Source: Planctomycetota bacterium (GTDB taxonomy: Bacteria; Planctomycetota; GCA-002687715; DRQF01). Taken from it: a stretch of DNA of 64,000 nt. The stretch is taken from the NCBI GenBank assembly GCA_036479435.1, contig JAZGFI010000017.1, positions 38,607 to 102,606 of the forward strand, given 5' to 3'. The translations under genes were made by a program, and so were the position numbers. Shown here one piece after another: positions 18,552 through 25,658 of this stretch (position 1 is the stretch's first letter; each line of letters begins with the position of its first letter). Under the pieces are notes generated by a model. The model made no database searches, was not told where the DNA came from, and worked only from the letters and a program-made list of their open reading frames with translations.

Positions 18552-20063
18552 GTGAGTAGATTGATTGTTGGGATGGTGGCCTTGGTCTTTGTGATCGGCA
18601 CCGCCTTTGAGTCTGGGGCTAGCAACCTTATGCAAGGACGGGCGGAGGTTGCGCACAGCATTCCGCTGGCCTTCGATGCCAATGCTGAGAGTGGCCGCAC
18701 TGTCTTTGATGACGACATGGTCGTCGTCAAGGCTGGCAAAGTCATTACGCTCGCGGGTGAAGCCCTAAAAGACGTCACGATCGTCATCCGCAACGGCAAG
18801 ATCGAGGCCATTGGCGAGAACGTGGACTATCCCTTTGGGACCAAAGTCATCGACGCCACGGATCTCACGGTCATGCCGGGGATGATCAATCCCTTGTCGC
18901 GCCTGATTCGCAACGGATCAGGCGGGGGTGTGACGCCGAATCGTACCCAAGCTTCCAGCTTCCGGGGCAAGCCTGAGGATCTAGAGTCGATCGCCTACGC
19001 GGGCTACACCACGCTTGGAATCGTACCGCCTGGTTCGGGGATTCCCGGCCGCGTGATGGTGCTGAAGACGGGTGGTACGAGCCGCGAAGACCTTATCGTT
19101 CAAAACGAGGGAGCGGTACTCGTCACTTTCAACAGCCCCGGCAACGACAAGAGCCGTATCCTGCGTGCCTTCAAGTCGGCGCAAGGTGAGCTCGACAAGA
19201 TCGAGAAGGCTCGCAAGGCTTTTGACGCGAAGAAGAAAAAGGGGTCGAAGAAGAAGCCGACCCCAAAACCGAGCCCTAGGCCAACACCAAAGCCGAAACC
19301 CAAGCCAACACCGAAGCCGACGCCGAAGCCCAAACCTGGTCCCACTCCAAAGCCCAAACCAGGCCCGAAGCCTAAGCCCAAAGGCGGTGCCTCGAGCGGG
19401 ACTTTTAAGGCCCCCAAGATCAACCCCTTATACGCGCCCTTGGTGGACCTCATTCAAAAGAAAGAGGGTGCCACGGCCATCGTCGAGTTTGGAATGAGTC
19501 CCTATATGGTCTGGGCACCGTCGACGTCAGCGAGTAGTTCGTTCCTCCATTGGGAGGAGATACCCAAGACCTATGATTTTCGACATGCCTATCGGATCCG
19601 GAACAGCGTGGTGAAGCGCAACAGCGCCTTCAACGTTCGCCCGGAATCGGACCTGCACTTGGTAGCCGAAAAACTCGGCAAGGAAAAAGCTCTCATCGCG
19701 ATCTTCCCGGTGACGAATCACTTTCCCTACACCAAGGACAAGTTCAACCTCGGCCTGTTGCTGCATAGCAAGGGCTGTCGGGTGGTCTTCTTGCCTGAGA
19801 TGGAAACTTGGAGTTCGTATGCGGCGATGCGTGAGAACATCGCACGTATGGTTCGGAATGGATTTCCGCGCGACGAAATCTTGAAGACTGTAACTTTGCA
19901 CGCGGCAGAGATGTTGGGTCTCGAAAAGCGCCTCGGTTCGATCGAAGTCGGCAAGGACGCCAACTTGCTGTTCTTGACGGGTGACCCCCTCGATTTCAAC
20001 TCGACGGTCGCGAAGGTCATGGTCGAAGGCAAGATCGTAAAAACGAAAGCGCGCTTGCGCTAG
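18552..20063 (+). CDS. Exported amidohydrolase-fold protein 7 (no HxH), Pro-Lys repeat insertion
   Basis: GGAG RBS plus GTG; MPGMINPLSR; LGSIEVGKDANLLFLTGDP. Confidence 0.85.
   Translation: MSRLIVGMVALVFVIGTAFESGASNLMQGRAEVAHSIPLAFDANAESGRTVFDDDMVVVKAGKVITLAGEALKDVTIVIRNGKIEAIGENVDYPFGTKVIDATDLTVMPGMINPLSRLIRNGSGGGVTPNRTQASSFRGKPEDLESIAYAGYTTLGIVPPGSGIPGRVMVLKTGGTSREDLIVQNEGAVLVTFNSPGNDKSRILRAFKSAQGELDKIEKARKAFDAKKKKGSKKKPTPKPSPRPTPKPKPKPTPKPTPKPKPGPTPKPKPGPKPKPKGGASSGTFKAPKINPLYAPLVDLIQKKEGATAIVEFGMSPYMVWAPSTSASSSFLHWEEIPKTYDFRHAYRIRNSVVKRNSAFNVRPESDLHLVAEKLGKEKALIAIFPVTNHFPYTKDKFNLGLLLHSKGCRVVFLPEMETWSSYAAMRENIARMVRNGFPRDEILKTVTLHAAEMLGLEKRLGSIEVGKDANLLFLTGDPLDFNSTVAKVMVEGKIVKTKARLR
19230..19383 (+). 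repeat. Low-complexity Pro-Lys/Pro-Thr coding repeat
   Basis: KKKKGSKKKPTPKPSPRPTPKPKPKPTPKPTPKPKPGPTPKPKPGPKPKPK. Confidence 0.85.
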
Positions 20064-20099
20064 GCGTTGGCCTCGATGGCTAGACGCAAACAGGAGCTA

Positions 20100-21686
20100 A
20101 TGGTGAAAACCCCTTACGTGATGCGACTCGCAGTCTTTTGGTGTGCGACTTTTTTGATCGCCGGTGCCCTTGTCGCCCAAGCTGGCGGAAGCAAGCCGAC
20201 GAAATCGGCCAACGCTCCGGCGAAAGGCGAAGAGAAAAAGGACGACGACGACAAGAAGAAAGATCGCTGGTTGCACATTCACAACGTGGATGTGTATCCC
20301 GTGGCCGGACCGATTCGGCGCCGCGCGGAGATTCTCGTCAAGAACGAGAAAATCGAAGCGATCGGCCGCAATCTTGATGTTCCAGAAGACGCCGAAAAAT
20401 TAGACGGCATGGGATTTCGCGCCTATCCCGGCCTGGTCGCCCTCAATGGATCGGGCATCGTTCCGCGCGCGAGCGGCAAGATCGAAGACACTTCGCATCC
20501 GAGCGGTCTTTGGAACATCCTCGCGTTGGCCCATGGCATCACCACGGTGATCACGGGGACGACGGCGGTGAAAGTCCAGATGGACTCCATCGAAAACTAC
20601 GTCCTGCGTAAAAGCCTCTACCTTGCCATGGCGTATTCCGCCCGCAATCCGCGCGCGAAAGTGCAGCTGCGATCTGACCTCCGCAAGGCTTTCAACTTTC
20701 TTCGTCAAAAGCGTAGCGGCGAAAAGAAAAGTGCCAAAACTACGAAGTCGAGTGCAAAGGGTGGAGCTAAGTCCGCGAGCTCGAAGAAGCCCAAAAAAGC
20801 AGCGTCGGCTCAAAAACAGCTGGGGGGCGCGGCTCGCTACCTTCCCCTGTTGGAAGGCAAGACCACCGCGGTCTTCAACGTCTCCTCAACTCAGGAGATC
20901 CGCGACGTTTGCGACTTGGTGCGAACTTTTGGTTTCCGAACTGTCATTCGCGGAGCGGTACACGGGTGGACCGTGCCTGGCGACATGGGACGAGCGGGCG
21001 TGATGGCCATTGTTAGTCCTCGCGACCGTGATGACCCGGATGATGGACTCAACCGACCCACGGGTTCGACGGTGGCCAACGCCGCGATCTTGCACCAGCA
21101 CGGTGTCCGCGTTGCCATTTCTTCGATCGGCAATACCGTTGACCTGGACGGTAGTCCTGGACGCGATGCTGTTTCACTTGCCTTTGACGCGGGTGCCGCT
21201 GTCGGCGGAGGGTTGCCCAATGATGAGGCGATTCGCGCCATCACCCACACCGCTGCGCAGTGCTATCAACTTGACGATCGTGTTGGTTCGCTCGAAGTCG
21301 GCAAGGACGCCGATATTATCATTGTCGACGGCGAGCTTTTGCATTACGCCACCCATGTGCAATGGGCGATCGTAAACGGCAAGCTTTGCTACGACAAAGA
21401 GAAAGAATCGCTGTTGAGGTCGATCCGATCGCGCAACCCGAAGAAGGAAAAAGACAACGCGCCCTGGTGGCCGCGCCCCTTCGCGGAAATGCCAGACTCA
21501 TGGACTTACGATCCCGCCAAGGTCGCCGCTGAACGCGAAGCCGCGAAGAAGAAGGAAGACGGCGAGAAAAAGGGTGACGAGAAAAAAGAGCCCGAAGACA
21601 AAAAGCCCGCCGACGCCAAGGACAAGGGCGACGACGACAAGGCAACGAAGGAAAAAGCCAAAGGCGACAAGCCCGTCAAGGGCTAG
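20100..21686 (+). CDS. Exported amidohydrolase-fold protein 8 (no HxH), Lys/Asp-rich termini
   Basis: AGGAG RBS; signal LVAQ; AYPGLVALNG; RVGSLEVGKDADIII. Confidence 0.85.
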   Translation: MVKTPYVMRLAVFWCATFLIAGALVAQAGGSKPTKSANAPAKGEEKKDDDDKKKDRWLHIHNVDVYPVAGPIRRRAEILVKNEKIEAIGRNLDVPEDAEKLDGMGFRAYPGLVALNGSGIVPRASGKIEDTSHPSGLWNILALAHGITTVITGTTAVKVQMDSIENYVLRKSLYLAMAYSARNPRAKVQLRSDLRKAFNFLRQKRSGEKKSAKTTKSSAKGGAKSASSKKPKKAASAQKQLGGAARYLPLLEGKTTAVFNVSSTQEIRDVCDLVRTFGFRTVIRGAVHGWTVPGDMGRAGVMAIVSPRDRDDPDDGLNRPTGSTVANAAILHQHGVRVAISSIGNTVDLDGSPGRDAVSLAFDAGAAVGGGLPNDEAIRAITHTAAQCYQLDDRVGSLEVGKDADIIIVDGELLHYATHVQWAIVNGKLCYDKEKESLLRSIRSRNPKKEKDNAPWWPRPFAEMPDSWTYDPAKVAAEREAAKKKEDGEKKGDEKKEPEDKKPADAKDKGDDDKATKEKAKGDKPVKG

Positions 21687-21701
21687 TCCCCACGGACGCT
21701 C

Positions 21702-22298
21702 ATGACCGGGAACGTTCCCTTTGTACACGCCACCGCCCTGGTTGAAGAGGGCGCACACCTCGGGGCTGGCTGCAAAATCTGGCACCAAGTTCACATCATG
21801 GCGGGGGCTTGGATAGGACCCAGGGTCGTGATTGGCAAGAACGGGTTCGTCGCTTCGACAGTGGTAGTCGGCGAGAGTTGCCGCATTCAGAACAACGTGT
21901 CGCTTTACGATGGCGTGACTTTGGGCGCTGGGGTCTTTGTGGGACCGTCCGCGGTTTTTACCAACGTCAAGCGTCCGCGGGCCCGATTTCCGCGCCGGGA
22001 CACCTACGCTGAGACGCGTGTTGACGACGATGCCACCATCGGAGCCAACGCGACGATTCTGTGCGGCACTCACATCGCCGAAGCTGCGATGATCGCGGCG
22101 GGAGCCGTGGTGACCTGTGATGTACCGGCCTTTTGCCTGGTCGGTGGAGCGCCCGCTCGGCGCATGGGCTGGGTTTGTCGCTGCGGAGAAGCGCTTGTGG
22201 TCCGGGACGATGATTCTGATCATGAGGTCAGTTGTGACGAATGCGGGCGCGACTATTCGTTTTCGCATCGCCATTCATTGATGTCGGAATTGAAGTAA
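21702..22298 (+). CDS. Hexapeptide-repeat sugar N-acetyltransferase (WbpD/WlbB-like) with C-terminal Zn ribbon
   Basis: KIWH, IQNNVSLYDGV, GPSAVFTNV, IGANATILCG, GWVCRCG...CDECG. Confidence 0.85.
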   Translation: MTGNVPFVHATALVEEGAHLGAGCKIWHQVHIMAGAWIGPRVVIGKNGFVASTVVVGESCRIQNNVSLYDGVTLGAGVFVGPSAVFTNVKRPRARFPRRDTYAETRVDDDATIGANATILCGTHIAEAAMIAAGAVVTCDVPAFCLVGGAPARRMGWVCRCGEALVVRDDDSDHEVSCDECGRDYSFSHRHSLMSELK

Positions 22299-22313
22299 AC
22301 CGATCACTGTTTT

Positions 22314-23453
22314 TTGATCCCGGAGCCGAGCTTGGATGCCATCCCTTTTATCGACCTGAAAGCACAGTACGCCGGGACCAAAGATCAGGTTCGCGCCGTG
22401 GTTGATGCCGTTTTCGAAGATCAGGCTTTCATTCTCGGTGAGACCGTCTCCAGATTTGAAGAAGACTATGCGGCTTGGCTGGGTTTGCCGAAAGGGAGCG
22501 CGGTGGGAGTGTCCTCCGGGACCGACGCGCTGCTTGTTACGCTCATGGCGCTCGGGGTCGGACCGGGTGACAAGGTCCTAACCACGCCCTTCAGTTTCTT
22601 TGCGACGGCGGGGGTCATCGCGAGGCTGCACGCAACGCCGGTGTTTGTCGATATCGATCCGATCACGTTTAATCTCGACCCTGCCGCCCTGAAAGGGCTC
22701 GATCCCGAAGATTTTAAAGCCCTCATTGTCGTGCATCTCTACGGTCGCTGTGCTGACATGCGGTCGATCCGAGACTGGGCGGATGCGTCGGGCTTGCCGC
22801 TAGTAGAAGACGCGGCACAGGCTGTCGGTGCCAAAGATGAGGGAGGTGCGCCGGTTGGTGGCTTGGGGCGTGCCGCCTGTTTCTCTTTTTTCCCCACCAA
22901 AAATCTTGGTGCTGCAGGTGACGGCGGCTGTGTCACTTCTCTAGATCCTGAGTTCACATCGAAAATCCGTGCCTTGCGCACGCACGGTGCGGTCCGCCCC
23001 TACGACAGCGACATCATTGGCGGCAACTTCCGTTTGGATGCTCTTCAGGCCGCCGTACTCGGCGCGAAGCTTCCGTTTTTAGACGACTGGAATCGGCGAC
23101 GGCTCGAGAACGCCGCCGCCTACAACCAGTATTTCCGCGATCGCGGTCTTGAGGGGCGGATGGGCCTGCCGGAGCTTCCGCTTGACGACAGCTACGTGGC
23201 ACATCAATACGTGCTGAGATTGCCGAACCGAGATGAGGTTGCCGCAAAGTTGGCGGAGCAGGGCATCGGATGTGCGATTTATTATCCCAAGCCGCTACAC
23301 CTCATGGATTGCTTTTCGCGGCTGGGGTACGCAGAGGGCTCTCTCCCCGAGGCTGAGCGGGCGTCTCGGGAGGTCTTGGCGCTGCCCATTTTTCCCGAGC
23401 TTGGGCAAAAACGCCACCGGCGGGTCGCGGAGGCGGTCGCCGCCCTAGTTTGA
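22314..23453 (+). CDS. DegT/DnrJ/EryC1/StrS PLP aminotransferase (WbpE-like)
   Basis: IPFIDLKAQY, SGTDAL, EDAAQA, SFFPTKNLGAAGDGG, GNFRLDALQAA. Confidence 0.92.
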   Translation: MIPEPSLDAIPFIDLKAQYAGTKDQVRAVVDAVFEDQAFILGETVSRFEEDYAAWLGLPKGSAVGVSSGTDALLVTLMALGVGPGDKVLTTPFSFFATAGVIARLHATPVFVDIDPITFNLDPAALKGLDPEDFKALIVVHLYGRCADMRSIRDWADASGLPLVEDAAQAVGAKDEGGAPVGGLGRAACFSFFPTKNLGAAGDGGCVTSLDPEFTSKIRALRTHGAVRPYDSDIIGGNFRLDALQAAVLGAKLPFLDDWNRRRLENAAAYNQYFRDRGLEGRMGLPELPLDDSYVAHQYVLRLPNRDEVAAKLAEQGIGCAIYYPKPLHLMDCFSRLGYAEGSLPEAERASREVLALPIFPELGQKRHRRVAEAVAALV

Positions 23454-23648
23454 GGAATGAGCCCGTTTCATGGGCCCGCTCAAGAACAATGACCTCGTTA
23501 AACCGCACGGCGCCGTCTTTGCCCCTCGCTCCATCGCGAGATCCTCGGCGCAAGAAGCGAAAATGGGGGAGCAATTGTCGCGAACAACCGTTGTGTAGGA
23601 TAGAGGTTGGGATTCGCTCGACCTCGTGGCAGGGATGGCGGTCCTAAG

Positions 23649-24278
23649 ATGACGCTGAAGCGAGACTTCGGGTCCGAGACAGAACTTGCTGCGACCCGGG
23701 GCGAGAGTTCTGACGAGGTTCTGATGGTGCGGGTCGCCGAGGGCGATGTTGAGGCCTATGAGGCGCTCTATCACCGCTATCGCAACCGGATCCTGACCTT
23801 CGTGTTTCGATACGTCGGAGATCGTGATATCGCAGAGGATCTCGCCCAAGAGGTCTTTTTGAAGCTTTATCGCTCACCGAGGTCCTTTGATCCGCGCAAT
23901 CGCTTCATGACTTGGCTGTTCACGGTGGCGCGCAACCTCGCCATTGACCATTTGCGAAAGAAAAAGCCCGCTACGGCTTTGACGCAAGAGGGAGAGGACG
24001 GCGAGTTCTCGCTGGAGCCACCGGAACCCTTGAATCAGGGACCCGTCGACAAAACACTGCTGAAGGAAATGGAGGAGAACCTCCAGTCGATTCTGATGAC
24101 CTTAAGCGACAAACTTCGCGAGGTGTTTGTGCTCTGCGCCATGCAAGGATTGGCTTACGAAGAGGTGGCTCAGATTGTTGGTTGTCCGGCCAAAACGGTG
24201 AGTTCTCGTCTCGCGAGGGCGCGCCGGCGCTTCGTTGAAGAGCTGGACCCCTACCTCAGCGGAAAGAAAAGCCCCTGA
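23649..24278 (+). CDS. ECF RNA polymerase sigma factor
   Basis: AEDLAQEVF, FMTWLFTVARNLAIDHLRK, GLAYEEVAQIVGCPAKTVSSRLARAR. Confidence 0.9.
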   Translation: MTLKRDFGSETELAATRGESSDEVLMVRVAEGDVEAYEALYHRYRNRILTFVFRYVGDRDIAEDLAQEVFLKLYRSPRSFDPRNRFMTWLFTVARNLAIDHLRKKKPATALTQEGEDGEFSLEPPEPLNQGPVDKTLLKEMEENLQSILMTLSDKLREVFVLCAMQGLAYEEVAQIVGCPAKTVSSRLARARRRFVEELDPYLSGKKSP

Positions 24279-25483
24279 TGCCGTTGACCTGCCCCGACAC
24301 CGAAGAGCTGTTCAGCCGGCGCATTGACGCGCGTTTGAGTTCCGTGGAAGACCTTGCCTTTATCGAACACCTCGATGCTTGCCATTCCTGCGCGGACGCC
24401 TACTACCGCTACGAGACGATTTTTTCGGCGGTTTCAGGCGTCCCAGAGTTGACGACGGTGGCTCCTGCGCCGATGCCCGCCGATTCGACGAACTTCCTTA
24501 AGCCCGTTCAGAGAAAGCCTCTGGTGCCGCGTTGGATTTCGGCGGCGGCGCTAGTCTTGTTGCTGACGGGAGTCGGCAAGTTCGCCTTCGACTTCGGCCG
24601 CAAGACGCCGGCGGTGTTCGGGCCTGATCGGTTCTCATCCCTGGCCCAAGTTGACCCTACCTCCATCGAATTTCCGGCGGAGTCACCGGGAAGACGTTTG
24701 CGGCGCTTCCGCGAGAACGCTGACAATCTCTACCACCTCGCTAGAGTCTCGAAGACTCGCCAGGCTGATCCGAATCGAATGGTCCGAGTTTTTGACGACT
24801 ACATCTCGGGCAGTCCTTTGCGGGAAGATCTCCGTTTCCTCAGGGACATGGACCAGGTGAGCCTCGGCAGTTTTCGGGTGCCGGTTCGCCAGTTCACTGA
24901 TGACGTCGGTCGCCTGCTGGCTCAGATTGACTTTGAGATCAAGCGATCCGGGCGGGCTCAGTTGCGAATTCGCCGCATTCAGCAGGCGATTGAGCGGTCG
25001 GAAGTACGGCGGCAGTCGGTGCGTCTGCAACAAGTTAGTCGCTTCTATGATTTTCCCGAGATTTCAGAAGAACAGCGCGTGACACTCCGTGGCGAGAGTC
25101 AGAACCGAGGTTTTTCTGGTGCCTGCATTAGCCTCTCGTTTGGCTTTTTCGAAGACGCTTCCCGACGCCTTGAGGGCGTTGTCGAGGGTGGTGACGAGGG
25201 GCTCCGCGAACCAGCTGCCTTCTTTTCGCTCTTTCGCGGTCTTTCGGCGCGTATTGACATCAAGGGTGAACAGCTGAAAGGCTTCGGAGACATCTTTGGT
25301 GGGAGCAAACTCAAAGTCATTGCCACGCCGAGTGCGACCGACGGTCAGCTCATCATCGAACTCGAAAACCTAGGGCCCGATGGGCCCAAGCGACACCTGA
25401 TCCGCTTCGGTGGCCGCAATCGTCCCCAAAAAAGGGCTTTGCGCCTCCGTCCCCTAAGACAAGCCCGTTCCCGCCGCCTCTAA
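24278..25483 (+). CDS. Zinc-finger (zf-HC2/ZAS) anti-sigma factor with TM helix
   Basis: TGATG overlap with the sigma gene; C...HLDACHSC; TM WISAAALVLLL. Confidence 0.8.
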   Translation: MPLTCPDTEELFSRRIDARLSSVEDLAFIEHLDACHSCADAYYRYETIFSAVSGVPELTTVAPAPMPADSTNFLKPVQRKPLVPRWISAAALVLLLTGVGKFAFDFGRKTPAVFGPDRFSSLAQVDPTSIEFPAESPGRRLRRFRENADNLYHLARVSKTRQADPNRMVRVFDDYISGSPLREDLRFLRDMDQVSLGSFRVPVRQFTDDVGRLLAQIDFEIKRSGRAQLRIRRIQQAIERSEVRRQSVRLQQVSRFYDFPEISEEQRVTLRGESQNRGFSGACISLSFGFFEDASRRLEGVVEGGDEGLREPAAFFSLFRGLSARIDIKGEQLKGFGDIFGGSKLKVIATPSATDGQLIIELENLGPDGPKRHLIRFGGRNRPQKRALRLRPLRQARSRRL

Positions 25484-25580
25484 GAACCTGTCATACGGAG
25501 TCAGACTAAATTCTCCCGCTTTTTTAGGTCAGACCCAAAAAAGCGGGAGAATTTAGTCTGACTCCGTACAGCAGGTTTTT
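25482..25580. repeat. Long intergenic palindrome (REP/REPIN-like)
   Basis: Perfect 32-bp inverted arms 25494-25525 and 25537-25568, 11-nt loop AGGTCAGACCC; imperfect outer pairing AAGAACCTG/CAGGTTTTT. Confidence 0.85.
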
Positions 25581-25658
25581 TTGATTCTGAGAACTTTGGT
25601 CCTCGCCTTGCGTCTGAGCTTTGACGCCCGCGGAATTTTCGCCAAGGAGGGCCGCAAC

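Noticed and set aside
8321..21686. Amidohydrolase copies as decaying pseudogenes or assembly duplication
   Set aside because: All ORFs are intact with signal peptides, several have clear RBSs or coupled starts, and they are too diverged for an assembly artefact.
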